Shown: positions 19,234 to 29,386, numbered from the stretch's first letter. The stretch is 64,000 nt of DNA from an uncultured Desulfurococcales archaeon (GCA_964519505.1 CAZFJX010000003.1:66877-130876), one strand, 5' to 3'. Notes: generated by a model from the letters alone, not told the origin. Translations and numbers: made by a program.

Positions 19234-20232
19234 ATGATAGATATAGATGCTATAAAGGCTGTAGCTAAAGTGATTAAGGAATTAAATGTAGGTAGTTACG
19301 TAGATACATTTACTGATCCCAGGTACTACCCATCACCGAGTGACGATCCCGAGAATGTAGTTAGGTACTTCATATTCATGGTCGCTATAGACCATAGATT
19401 AAGTAGGCCTAGAAGGGCTTTTGAGGGATTTATTGATAGTGAATTTTACCACGGCGCTGATGCTCTTTATAGACTAGGTATGATTAAGTATGGTGAGGAC
19501 CCTGACTTCTTCTCACCACTGAACATGTCTAAGATAACGGTAGATGATGTGAGGAAATGGCTTAGTTTAAGGGGGGTTAATGGTAAGGTAATTGAGGTTT
19601 GGGATGCCGATGTGAGGACAGCACTACTTAGGGATTTAGGCATTAAGTTATTAAGGCTTCATGAAGGTAAAGTCCTTAATTTAATAGATAAGGCCAATAG
19701 CAGGATAAAGCAAGGTAATGGAGGTTTAGTTAACTTACTTAAGGTCTTTAAGGCTTATGAAGACCCCGTAGAGAAGAAAGCTTACTTACTAATTAAGTTC
19801 ATAGCTAGAAGGGGTTTATTCAAGTATAAAGACCCCGAAAATGAGGAAGTACCCGTAGATAACCACTTATCAAGGATAGCTATTAGGTTAGGGATCATTA
19901 AGTTACCTAGTGATTTATTAAGTAAAGTTAAGGCAGGTCAAGAATTCACTTATGAGGAAGATGTAAGGCTCAGGTTAATGGTTAGGAGGGCATTCAAGGA
20001 AGTATCTATTAGGTCAGGCATAAGTCCGTTAATTCTTGATGATTTCTTATGGATGTTTGGAAGAAAGTGCTGTAAGAGGGATTGCCCTTCATGCTCTGTA
20101 GGTTGCGACCTTGAATGTAGGAAGTTTGGTTGGTGTGGTAGTGGGGGTTGCTTATTTGAAGGTGTTTGCGAAGCACATAGGAGGTCTGAGTACTTACCTG
20201 AGCACTCATACCTCAACACATGGTATTACTGA
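19234..20232 (+). CDS. HhH-glycosylase superfamily protein, Qng1/queuosine-salvage-like, with C-terminal Cys cluster
   Basis: AIDH, YEDPVEKKAYL, VPVDNHLSRIAIRLG, EEDVRLR, LDDFLW; C-terminal region with eight Cys. Confidence 0.6.
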   Translation: MIDIDAIKAVAKVIKELNVGSYVDTFTDPRYYPSPSDDPENVVRYFIFMVAIDHRLSRPRRAFEGFIDSEFYHGADALYRLGMIKYGEDPDFFSPLNMSKITVDDVRKWLSLRGVNGKVIEVWDADVRTALLRDLGIKLLRLHEGKVLNLIDKANSRIKQGNGGLVNLLKVFKAYEDPVEKKAYLLIKFIARRGLFKYKDPENEEVPVDNHLSRIAIRLGIIKLPSDLLSKVKAGQEFTYEEDVRLRLMVRRAFKEVSIRSGISPLILDDFLWMFGRKCCKRDCPSCSVGCDLECRKFGWCGSGGCLFEGVCEAHRRSEYLPEHSYLNTWYY

Positions 20233-20243
20233 GGTATGTGTAC

Positions 20244-20495
20244 ATGAGCAGAAGGTTAATTAAGGAGTTAGTGAGAAGGTATGACTTAGATCCTGATGAG
20301 GCTAAAGTACTTGAGTACTTCATGAGGAATATCTCCGTCGGTGAGATATTAGCCATTAGGGAGTTAACCGCGATTTACCACGTTAGAGAGCCCCTTAAGG
20401 TAATCATCAGGCTTATTAAGAAGGGTGTTCTTACTAAGGGCTTAGGATGCTATAACTTATCTAGTGAGATTAGGAAGTTATTGGAGAGTAGGTAG
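20244..20495 (+). CDS. Small winged-helix protein
   Basis: GAGGT RBS; NISVGEILAIREL...LIKKGVL..GLGCYNL. Confidence 0.7.
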   Translation: MSRRLIKELVRRYDLDPDEAKVLEYFMRNISVGEILAIRELTAIYHVREPLKVIIRLIKKGVLTKGLGCYNLSSEIRKLLESR

Positions 20496-21374
20496 GTGCC
20501 TAACTTGTTTAAGAAGTTAAAGGCTTACATTGAGTTAATGAGAGTTCATAACGTTATTGCGTCCTTATTCGGTGTTCTTGTGGGTTTCGTGTCTGTGACT
20601 AGATGCTTAGACTTAAATGTCTGGATCCCTATGATTCCTGTAGCCTTAGTTAGTGCTGCTGGCTACGTAATTAATGATTATTATGACTATAGGTCAGACT
20701 TGGTTAATAAGCCTTGGAGACCTATACCTTCAGGTAGGGTCACTTTAAAGGAGGCATACGTATTTTCCATCATACTTTACGTACTTGGCGTGGCCTCCTC
20801 TATATACCTAGGTTTATTGTTAGTCCTATTCACATTAGCTAATGCATTAATGACCTACTATTACTCCAAGTCCATTAAAGAGACAGGGCTACTTGGTAAT
20901 GTCGTGGTTAGTCTAGGTGGCGCTAACACCATAATTTACGGTGGATTAGCTGCTGAATACCTATATGGGTCCTACGGCAATGAATTAAACTTCATAATAC
21001 CTGCGTTATTTGCGTTTACATTACTCCTACTTAGAGAGATAGTTAAGGGTATTGAGGATTACTACGCTGATGAGGTGAGAAATGTAAGAACCCTAGTTAG
21101 GGTTGCTGGTTATAAAGTAGCGTCATTAGCGTCCATAGCCTTAACTACAGTACTAGTCATTTTGACCGTAATTACAATTTTATTCTTTAATTACTCATGG
21201 GTATTCCTGATATTAGCTATAGTAACCATATCTACTTCATACATAGCAACAACTTACGTATATGTATCAAGAAACCTAGATATGGCTGTGAGGAGGGCTG
21301 GTAAGTCAAGAAGCTTACTTAAGGTATCCATATTTACGGGTCTACTAGCATTCCTACTTAACTACATCATTTAA
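20496..21374 (+). CDS. Digeranylgeranylglyceryl phosphate synthase (UbiA family)
   Basis: NDYYDYRSDLVNKPWRPIPSG, REIVKGIEDY.AD, multiple TM helices. Confidence 0.9.
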   Translation: MPNLFKKLKAYIELMRVHNVIASLFGVLVGFVSVTRCLDLNVWIPMIPVALVSAAGYVINDYYDYRSDLVNKPWRPIPSGRVTLKEAYVFSIILYVLGVASSIYLGLLLVLFTLANALMTYYYSKSIKETGLLGNVVVSLGGANTIIYGGLAAEYLYGSYGNELNFIIPALFAFTLLLLREIVKGIEDYYADEVRNVRTLVRVAGYKVASLASIALTTVLVILTVITILFFNYSWVFLILAIVTISTSYIATTYVYVSRNLDMAVRRAGKSRSLLKVSIFTGLLAFLLNYII

Positions 21375-22415
21375 CCTAACATCAGTAAATAATGGTCTCC
21401 CTAATACCCTATATATGGTTCTTATAGTTACTGGCTGCTCAATAACCTTCTTAAGAAGCTTAAACTTAATAACGGTACCGCCTCCTGCTTTCAATTCATC
21501 AATTACTTCCCTATAAAGTATAGCACCTACAGACATCACTTGTATTATCACATCCTTAACATCACCACTACCTACATTACTTACCTCAACATCAACCTCA
21601 ACATAATCACCACTCTCTCTTACCTTAACAACCCTACTCACAATCCTAGGCTCAGGTACAGCCCTCTGGAAAGCTAATACAGTATTTACCTTAACCTCCT
21701 TAGGGAATATGCGTCCCTTAACATCATGATATATAATGCTTAACTTATTCCTTAGCCCACTTAATGGGTACTCCAGCTCTAATTCATAAGTACCTAACAC
21801 TTCAGAGACTCGCTTAAGTACCTTATTATTCACTGCAAAACTGAGTGAGCATGCCTTTGAAGGTATACTTAATAATATGAGGCAGGAACCCTTACTTGAT
21901 ATTCTTCTTCTAAACCCCATATCGATATCTAGCTTATGGCTAGGCTCAATGACCGATGTTCCAGCATATAGGTTTAGGTCTATGGAGGCTTCAGGAACCC
22001 TATGTATTAGAAGTAACATTGCGCTCTCTATAGTAATGGGGTTTGAAGCCTCAAAACCTATGCTCAACACGTTCTTAAGTTGCTTAGGTTTCATTATGGG
22101 TTTCACATCGTAAATAAAGGTTAAGTACTTACCCTCATTACTTGACGTAACTATCTGCGGCTTAAACTCCCTACTCAACATAATGTCATTAAATCTTACC
22201 TTCCAGTAAATATTACCTAATTCCTCAGTTAGTGACGCGTTAATTATTAAAATGGCCGACACTATATCGTTATATTCATGGGGCAGCATAAGCAATATCT
22301 CCTCATGTTTCTTTAGGCTCCTACCACCAAGGACGACCGGAGTTGTTGAGACTGTGTACATAAGGTCCCCTTCAAAGGAGCCTGACAGCACTTCAGCAAG
22401 ATTATTTAAACTCAA
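21354..22415 (-). CDS. Hypothetical beta-rich protein with C-terminal CARDB-like Ig domain
   Basis: VEVSNVGSGDV...IDELKAG motif. Confidence 0.55.
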   Translation of the reverse strand: MSLNNLAEVLSGSFEGDLMYTVSTTPVVLGGRSLKKHEEILLMLPHEYNDIVSAILIINASLTEELGNIYWKVRFNDIMLSREFKPQIVTSSNEGKYLTFIYDVKPIMKPKQLKNVLSIGFEASNPITIESAMLLLIHRVPEASIDLNLYAGTSVIEPSHKLDIDMGFRRRISSKGSCLILLSIPSKACSLSFAVNNKVLKRVSEVLGTYELELEYPLSGLRNKLSIIYHDVKGRIFPKEVKVNTVLAFQRAVPEPRIVSRVVKVRESGDYVEVDVEVSNVGSGDVKDVIIQVMSVGAILYREVIDELKAGGGTVIKFKLLKKVIEQPVTIRTIYRVLGRPLFTDVRLNDVVK

Positions 22416-22489
22416 GTACCCGTCACCTATCCATTGAGTTATAAGTAAGATAAGATTAAAGCTTTTATTAAGTTGACCTCTGTCTTAAA

Positions 22490-23827
22490 TTATTGGGTTT
22501 TCTTCTTTACTTTTAGAATGAAGCCTTTAGACTCAGTAACAACGACTTCCTCATTGGGCTTTATCTCTTCATCACTTTCAGCCTTCCAATACTCACCTTC
22601 GATGATTACGTAACCGGGCTTGCCTGGACCTATATAGTCAACAGCCTTACCTACCTTCCCTTCAAAACCGAATACCTTAGGCTTCATCTTTTTAGCCTTA
22701 ATGACTTTATAGGTAATGAATGTTGTGAATGATATCATACATACGCCGAGTATTATCGTGAAGTTCCTAAGTGATGACCAGAACTCTTCGGGATTACCTA
22801 CGGCGTAAGGCCTTGTTAAGGGCATTAATAAAAATGCGAATATCAGCATAACTATACCTGAAATACCGACTATACCGAATCCGGGCAGTATGAATAGCTC
22901 AACACCAAGGAGTATAGAGCCAAGTAACAATAGTATTATCGTGACTAGATTTACGTTAAAACCAACACCTATGAGCCCTAACAGTATTAAGGCTAGACCT
23001 AATGGGGCTACGGCTATATGACCACTAATTAATGAAAACACAAGTATCAGAACACCTATGGATGTTAAGATACTATTTAAGATTGGGTTATTCAATATAG
23101 AGACGAACTGGGCCCTTAAGCTACAGCTATAGTATTCATAACCATCTACATATATCTTAAACTCCCTACCGCCATAGAGCTTAACTACCCGCCCATTAAT
23201 TAACTGTATTAATTCGTTAAGGTCCATGGCAACGAACTCGATAACACCTAACTCCTTAGCCTTCTCTCCACTCAAGACTAAGTTCTCAGTAACGAATCTC
23301 CTAGTTACAGTAAAGTTCCTGCCTCTTTCCTCGGTATACATCCTTACCTTCTCAATAACTGGGTTAACTACCTTACTCTCATTAACGTAAGTAACCTTAC
23401 CTGTTGTTGGGTCATAATATACGGGTTGCATAGCACCTATTGAGGCATCCGGTGTTGCTGCTGCTATATGTGAGGATAGAAGTATTAATGTCCCAGCACT
23501 ATATGCTTTAGCGCCAGAGACAAACGTTATTACTGGTACGTCAGCCCTATAAATCATCTCAGACATATCAAAAGCGGCATCTAATAAGCCACCGTAAGTA
23601 TCTAGCTCAATAATTAGAGGTACGTTATCCTTGGTGGCTATCTCTAGCGCCTCCTCAAGACATATCTTACTACCGTAATTAATCTCACTCATCGTGCCCT
23701 TTAACGAGATTACTAAGGCCTTGGAACCTGCCGATGATTGAGTTATTATAGAGCCTAAGATAATGACTATGGCTAACGTAAGTAATATGAAAATAGTTAA
23801 GTTCCTAAGGTTTTTACCTGCCCTCAT
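22490..23827 (-). CDS. nfeD: NfeD membrane-bound serine protease
   Basis: LDTYGG, AYSAG, IGAMQP, TM region, C-terminal GEYWKA OB fold. Confidence 0.9.
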   Translation of the reverse strand: MRAGKNLRNLTIFILLTLAIVIILGSIITQSSAGSKALVISLKGTMSEINYGSKICLEEALEIATKDNVPLIIELDTYGGLLDAAFDMSEMIYRADVPVITFVSGAKAYSAGTLILLSSHIAAATPDASIGAMQPVYYDPTTGKVTYVNESKVVNPVIEKVRMYTEERGRNFTVTRRFVTENLVLSGEKAKELGVIEFVAMDLNELIQLINGRVVKLYGGREFKIYVDGYEYYSCSLRAQFVSILNNPILNSILTSIGVLILVFSLISGHIAVAPLGLALILLGLIGVGFNVNLVTIILLLLGSILLGVELFILPGFGIVGISGIVMLIFAFLLMPLTRPYAVGNPEEFWSSLRNFTIILGVCMISFTTFITYKVIKAKKMKPKVFGFEGKVGKAVDYIGPGKPGYVIIEGEYWKAESDEEIKPNEEVVVTESKGFILKVKKKTQ

Positions 23828-24625
23828 CTACCTTCCCTTCCTAGACTGGGATGTTTTCTTAATTAATGCGGCTGCTGTAGCTATAGGGGTTGAGAGGGTA
23901 GCGCCCTCAGTAACTACTATGAGATTCTTTTCTTTAGCTACATCAACTAGTGTTTGCAGTTCCCTAAGTCTTAAAGCGGCTGGATGTGCCTCATACATCT
24001 TAGCAGCTTCAGCCATTATCTTAGCAGCTTCTCTCTCACCTTCAGCAGATATTATCCTAGCTCTCCTCCACCTCTCAGCCTCGGCCTGCATAGCCATAGC
24101 CCTTCTTAAAGACTCAGGGAGCTCAACGTCTTTTAGGGTGACAGCAACTACCTTAATACCCCAACCACCAGTCATTTCATCAAGAATCTCTTGGAGTTTC
24201 TTATTGATCTCCTCCCTCTTGGTTAGTAACTCATCGAGCTCTACCTGACCAAGAATATCTCTTAAGGTAGTTTGAGCAAGTAAGCTTATTGCGTAATGAT
24301 AGTTCTCTACTTTGGTGACAGCTCTCTCAGGATCAACAACTCTATAGTACACTACGGCATCTACGTTAGTGCTTACGTTATCCCTAGTGATTATGTTTTG
24401 CTTGGGTACATCAACAGCAACAACTCTTAAGTCAACTCTAACCATGCTGTCTACGAAAGGTATGATGAAGAATATGCCAGGACCTTTAGCACCTAGTAGT
24501 CTGCCTAATCTAAAGATTACTGCTCTCTCATACTCCCTAACTATCTTGATACTAGCTGACAATATCGCTATAACTACTATTAATCCGAATACCATGAGCA
24601 CAATATCTATAAGTGTAAATTCCAT
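23828..24625 (-). CDS. Stomatin-like (SPFH/slipin) protein
   Basis: EYERAVIFRLGR, QTTLR, AMAMQAEAER. Confidence 0.93.
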   Translation of the reverse strand: MEFTLIDIVLMVFGLIVVIAILSASIKIVREYERAVIFRLGRLLGAKGPGIFFIIPFVDSMVRVDLRVVAVDVPKQNIITRDNVSTNVDAVVYYRVVDPERAVTKVENYHYAISLLAQTTLRDILGQVELDELLTKREEINKKLQEILDEMTGGWGIKVVAVTLKDVELPESLRRAMAMQAEAERWRRARIISAEGEREAAKIMAEAAKMYEAHPAALRLRELQTLVDVAKEKNLIVVTEGATLSTPIATAAALIKKTSQSRKGR

Positions 24626-24699
24626 TTAATCACCCCAAATAACACTAGCTTTAAAAGGATAATAAATTCATATAAACAATAGTCAGTTAGGTGTGACCC

Positions 24700-25140
24700 A
24701 TTAGTTCGAGACATAGACGTAAAGGTTTTCAGCATGAGAGGGAGTTAGTTAGGAAGTTATGGAAGTTAGGTTTCGCTGTTATAAGAGCACCAGCTAGCGG
24801 TTCTAAGGTCAAGAGAAGTGTCTACCCTGATGTCACAGCGATTTATAAGGGGAACATACTTGTTTTTGAGGTTAAGGTACGTAATAAACCGCAGACAGTT
24901 TACGTGGAGAGAAGGCAAGTAGAGAAGTTAATGGAGTTTAGTAGAAGGGCTTCAGCTAAGGCATTTATAGCGATCAAGTTTATCGGACATAGTGACTGGA
25001 GGTTCATACCCATAGATAAGCTTGAGGAAACCAGCGGTGGTAACTTCAAAATAACCCCGGATGCGTTTAATGGCGGGCTTACACTTAGTGATCTACTTAA
25101 GTTGGTAGGGCATGGAGGGCTAACTAGGTTCGTGAGGTAA
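24700..25140 (+). CDS. hjc: Holliday junction resolvase Hjc (ATT start)
   Basis: Extended frame ISSRHRRKGFQHERELVRKLWKLGFAVIRAPASGS...YPDV...FEVK; in-frame TGA just upstream; GGTGTGA RBS. Confidence 0.88.
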   Translation: MSSRHRRKGFQHERELVRKLWKLGFAVIRAPASGSKVKRSVYPDVTAIYKGNILVFEVKVRNKPQTVYVERRQVEKLMEFSRRASAKAFIAIKFIGHSDWRFIPIDKLEETSGGNFKITPDAFNGGLTLSDLLKLVGHGGLTRFVR

Positions 25141-25212
25141 TCAATCATTAACTCAAGCATTTAAATATCATTTAAATAGTTCATAAAGAATGTATTATAT
25201 GGTGGTTTAGGT

Positions 25213-25956
25213 ATGCCTCAGTTAAGTTCTGGATTAGTTATCGCGGGTGCGTACGCTGATAAGATAAGACGTACATTATTCGCACAGTTAAGGGAACAGA
25301 TGAAGAAGGGGGAGATTAGTGCCCAGGATATTGCTTACGCGGCAGCTCAGCTAAATAGGCTGCTGTACGTGGTATTTGTTGATAACCTAAAGATCGATAA
25401 GGGTGATGTTGTTAGGGTTAGGATCGAGTACGACGTTGTTGACGGTAAGATTGAGTGGAAGTTAGATACCTTAAGGGTTGAGGCATTTAGGAGAATACCC
25501 GATGAGCAGGTTGAGGAGGTTGTTAGGAAGGTTGTTGAGCAATCAGCACAGATACTTGCCAGAGCTGTTGAGTACTCAATAGAGAAGGTAGGTGAGACCG
25601 AGGACGGTGACGTAATATTCAAGATAAGGCTTGATGAGAGAGATGTGGGTGCATTAATAGTTACTCCAGTAAACGAGGAGTTAGCAGTTATTAAGAAGGG
25701 CGCGGTGACAGCACCAGCTGCACTGGTTGTTGAGAAGGCCAGGGTTGAGATGGCTGGTAGACCTCTTGAGGAGGCCATAAAGGCCACGTTAACTGAATTA
25801 CTAAAGACTCCACACTATGTAGAGATTAAAGAGGCTGAACACGTAATATCGATAATTAAGAAGAGGCTTGAGGAAGAAGGCATAATTAAGGAAGAGGAAA
25901 AGAAAGTAGAGGAAAAGAAGAAGGTAGAGGAAGAGGAGTACATCAAGGAAATTTAG
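25213..25956 (+). CDS. DUF2258 / ThermoDBP-related ssDNA-binding protein
   Basis: LSSGLVIAGAYADKIRRTLFAQL...KGDVVRVRIEY. Confidence 0.85.
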   Translation: MPQLSSGLVIAGAYADKIRRTLFAQLREQMKKGEISAQDIAYAAAQLNRLLYVVFVDNLKIDKGDVVRVRIEYDVVDGKIEWKLDTLRVEAFRRIPDEQVEEVVRKVVEQSAQILARAVEYSIEKVGETEDGDVIFKIRLDERDVGALIVTPVNEELAVIKKGAVTAPAALVVEKARVEMAGRPLEEAIKATLTELLKTPHYVEIKEAEHVISIIKKRLEEEGIIKEEEKKVEEKKKVEEEEYIKEI

Positions 25957-25972
25957 TTGCTAAATAAGTAAC

Positions 25973-27103
25973 TCAACTCAATAACTTTTTCTCAAGTAAG
26001 TCACTAAGCCTCTTAGTGGCTTTCCTAATTATATCGCTACCAACGGTCACGGTCTCGCCGTAATCAACAACTATGTTATCAGCAACAATAACGGTCTCTA
26101 CAGGTATTGAGCCCTCAATAACAGCCCTAAATAGCGACTCTAGACTCTTAGGTGTAGGCCAGCCCGGAGGTTCTGAGGCGTTTAGTATAACTATATCACA
26201 TGGCTTACCTACCTCTATAGAGCTACTAAACGGTAACCCTAGAGCTTCATAACCCCACACCGTGCCTGCAGCCAACGCGTCAAACATGCTTACACCTCTC
26301 ATAACTAAGCGCTTAATTAAGTCGCTTACATCGTATGAAGCCTTAACACCTAACCCAACCCCCGCAGGTGCTCTCCATGAACTAATGAACTCTTCAGTAA
26401 ATACCGCCTTAGCACCGCCCCCCTTGGGGGCTACGTTAATTAAGGTCATGTTCTGAGGTACTTCCATACCTACGGAGGTTTTCTTAGGGTCTGTATTAAT
26501 TAAGAAACCCCTAATACCGTAATCATATGTTAACCTATTTATGTATGGTATCAGTTCCTCCTTACAGGTTGCTACACCTCCATGTACGTTAGGTAATCTA
26601 CCGTGGTACCTATTCATTATTAACTTAAGTGAGTGCTCTATGTCTTCCTGAGTATATACGCAACCAGCCCCTGGGGCTAATACTGCCCTTATTCCTACAG
26701 CGTCGGCGGCCCTAGCTATACTATCTAAGTAAGTATCAACCACTAAAGTTGCTGTGATCCCTTTCTTAACCATCTCAGTAAATGCTAGTACCGCTATATA
26801 GTAAACATCATCTCTACTAATTACAGATAGTAAGTCCTTTATCTTAGGATCATTAAGCCCACTAACCTCATACCTAATTAAGTAGGGAGTTACTAATGTA
26901 AAGCCTGAAACAAATCCAGGTAGCACTATCCTACCTTTACCGTTAATTAAGTACTCAGCATACTGGTACTCTATAGGTACTTCACCAGTACCTAAAGCCT
27001 TAACAACACCCTTATCGATATATAGGTATGCATCCCTAAGAACTAACTCCCCTTTAGTTGACATTGTTATTACTGTAGTATTCGTTATTAATATCTTAAC
27101 CAT
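25973..27103 (-). CDS. Amidohydrolase-family (MtaD-like) protein with degenerate metal ligands
   Basis: GRIVLPGFVSGFT (HxH absent), EMVKKGIT, SIEVGKPCDIV. Confidence 0.7.
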   Translation of the reverse strand: MVKILITNTTVITMSTKGELVLRDAYLYIDKGVVKALGTGEVPIEYQYAEYLINGKGRIVLPGFVSGFTLVTPYLIRYEVSGLNDPKIKDLLSVISRDDVYYIAVLAFTEMVKKGITATLVVDTYLDSIARAADAVGIRAVLAPGAGCVYTQEDIEHSLKLIMNRYHGRLPNVHGGVATCKEELIPYINRLTYDYGIRGFLINTDPKKTSVGMEVPQNMTLINVAPKGGGAKAVFTEEFISSWRAPAGVGLGVKASYDVSDLIKRLVMRGVSMFDALAAGTVWGYEALGLPFSSSIEVGKPCDIVILNASEPPGWPTPKSLESLFRAVIEGSIPVETVIVADNIVVDYGETVTVGSDIIRKATKRLSDLLEKKLLS

Positions 27104-27220
27104 TATAACACCTCAAGAACCTATATATGCTTACACCATGACTTAAGTACCTAGATAACATCTCAAAACCCACTACAGTTGTCATTTAGTTAGAGGTTGA
27201 GTAAAGTTAAAAACATAACG

Positions 27221-27608
27221 TTGATTTGGAGCGGTTAGCAGCCGCCTTCTCTTCATTAAGTCAAAGATTATTCAGTAGAAATAATACTTTAAATAATACT
27301 TTAGTTTCATTAGTTACTGAAGATATCTAATAGTATTCTTAGATACTTCTATTTCAGTATCGGAACATATGCTGAAGTTACGTGCTTATTTAGTCTCAGT
27401 TTCCTCCTTATCTATCCCTGAGGTATAAGCTGAGCTTACTGAATACGCCTTAAAACCGTACTTCATAGCCATCACTATACCGTGCTGAAGTAGGTTTCCT
27501 CTTAGGGAATCCGCTATCTTACGGTTAGCTGTCCTGCTTTTAGTGTAACTACGTTTCTTAATCAATCCTACCTAAGTCCTTAAACGACGCAACACCAACA
27601 CCGTGGTA
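27221..27608 (-). mobile_element. tnpB: Degenerate IS200/IS605 TnpB fragment (27349-27608) with a downstream hairpin
   Basis: Frameshifted translation YHGVGVASFKDLGRI / KKRSYTKSRTANRKI...LLQHGIVMAMKYGFKAYSVSSAYTS / LRLNKHVTSAY resembles the TnpB RuvC C-terminus; GCGG-n7-CCGC hairpin at 27231-27245. Confidence 0.65.
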
Positions 27609-27751
27609 ATAAGCATACTTTAAATAATTTAGCAAGAACTTGGAATCATGATGTATATGCTTTATTTCTTGGGAACTCATGTGATGTTACCTTAGGAAAT
27701 AACTCTGCCTTAATATCCTTTATGATGCCTTACCTATAGATTATAACCAAG

Positions 27752-29386
27752 CTAGCCCCTTAACTCGATGGCTTTAAATGGGCATGACCCAACACACTTA
27801 AAGCACGATATGCAGTCCGTGCTCCCTACTTCTTTTAAATTCATTGGGCACTTACTTAACGCTATACATACCTTACAATTCATACACTTGCTACTCCTTC
27901 TTAACCTGAATAGACTTATCTTGGAGATCAGCTCAAGAAGAGCGCCTGCAGGACATATATATCTACAGAAAAACCTAGGTATCATTATCGAGAGTAAGAT
28001 CATGATTAAACCAATAGCTAGTAACACCTGGGTGAACGTAACTGTTGGGAAGCTCCGGGAGTATATAGACGTAGTTATAGGTACAATAAAGCAATTAATG
28101 CAGAGGTATGGTGTCAGCGTTGATGCTACAGCTATGACTAAGATAGCTAGGATCACGTACTTAATATATTTAAGAACCTTATCTATAGTGAATTTAACCT
28201 TCACTTTGCCATAGGCTTTACTTAGTACATCCTGTATGAACCCTAGAGGACATATCCAACCGCACCAGCCTCTTTTCAATACTAACGAAGATACTATAGC
28301 GATGGCGATCATGACTATATATATGAACGGCATGTACATTAGGAATTGTATAAGGACTATGTACTGCGGTATAACTAGAGGGCATGGGCATATAACACCT
28401 ACGTAAAATATAGGTAGTAAGACCAGCAATATAATAACTAACGCTATCGATAAGTACCTAAGTCCATTAACTAACTTCATATTTCCTTGCCTAATTAATA
28501 TAACCATCGAGGCAATCATTATCAAGAATAATAATATATAGATGTATGTCCTACCTTCATAAAGTACTTCGACTATGTTTATACCTACCTTAGTTACTGG
28601 AGAAGTTGTGGTGGTCGGGCTTGTTGTAGGTGAGGTAGTCAATACTGTTGATGTCGCTGGAGTTGTTACTGGTGTTGTTGAGATAGTTGTCGGGGTTGGT
28701 GTTGTGGTAGTTGTGATTACCGCGGTTGTAGTTGTTGGTGTTGTTGTAGTTACTTTAGCTAAGCCTATTATCGGTACTTCAGCTACTTCTTCTTTACCGA
28801 ACGGACACCCCCGACCGTACTTATATATTACTCGTAAAGTGCCATTACCTAAGATCTTAATTTTGAGTGTTTTAACAGCCTCAAGTCTACTAATAAGTTC
28901 TACATCACTTTCTTCAATTACTTCAGCATCTCCCATTAATTCATAAGTGATCTTCCAATCTGGGTATGGACAAGGTTGTGGGTGCCTGAACTTAACTGTT
29001 ATCTTTACTGTAACTACGTCATTTACGTATCCTTTTATTTCCTTGGGCTCCACATATAGCTCATCAACCCCTGGTGAAGCACTAACTAAACTCGAGCCAA
29101 ATACGGGAATCAACATTATCAACAACGCGGTAAACTTAAGTAGTGTTTTTAATTTCTTAACATCTAATTTAGTCCTTATCAACTTAGTAAATTCTTCAAT
29201 CTTATTTATTAGAGCTAAGAAAATGGAGTAAACTATTATTGGTGGTAGAAACCTAAGTGGGCAGTTCTGCACTAAAGGGCATGAACCACACGCGGAAGAC
29301 TGCATGACGTAGGCGCTATACATAGCGGGAAGCGACGGGGTTAAGTACCGAATTAACTTTACCATCCAACATATGTACTTACCCAT
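27752..29386 (-). CDS. Membrane polyferredoxin (NapH/MauN/YccM-like) with extracellular domain and Thr-rich linker
   Basis: GWCGWICPLG, RFFCRYICPAG, CMNCKVC...CP, CISCFKCVGSCP; TM helices. Confidence 0.85.
   Translation of the reverse strand: MGKYICWMVKLIRYLTPSLPAMYSAYVMQSSACGSCPLVQNCPLRFLPPIIVYSIFLALINKIEEFTKLIRTKLDVKKLKTLLKFTALLIMLIPVFGSSLVSASPGVDELYVEPKEIKGYVNDVVTVKITVKFRHPQPCPYPDWKITYELMGDAEVIEESDVELISRLEAVKTLKIKILGNGTLRVIYKYGRGCPFGKEEVAEVPIIGLAKVTTTTPTTTTAVITTTTTPTPTTISTTPVTTPATSTVLTTSPTTSPTTTTSPVTKVGINIVEVLYEGRTYIYILLFLIMIASMVILIRQGNMKLVNGLRYLSIALVIILLVLLPIFYVGVICPCPLVIPQYIVLIQFLMYMPFIYIVMIAIAIVSSLVLKRGWCGWICPLGFIQDVLSKAYGKVKVKFTIDKVLKYIKYVILAILVIAVASTLTPYLCINCFIVPITTSIYSRSFPTVTFTQVLLAIGLIMILLSIMIPRFFCRYICPAGALLELISKISLFRLRRSSKCMNCKVCIALSKCPMNLKEVGSTDCISCFKCVGSCPFKAIELRG
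28600..28752 (-). repeat. Low-complexity Thr/Pro-rich linker
   Basis: TTTTPTTTTAVITTTTTPTPTT... Confidence 0.7.

Noticed and set aside
27120-27750. Replication origin in the long AT-rich gap
   Set aside because: No ORB-like repeats with G-strings and no cdc6/whiP nearby; largely explained by the TnpB relic.
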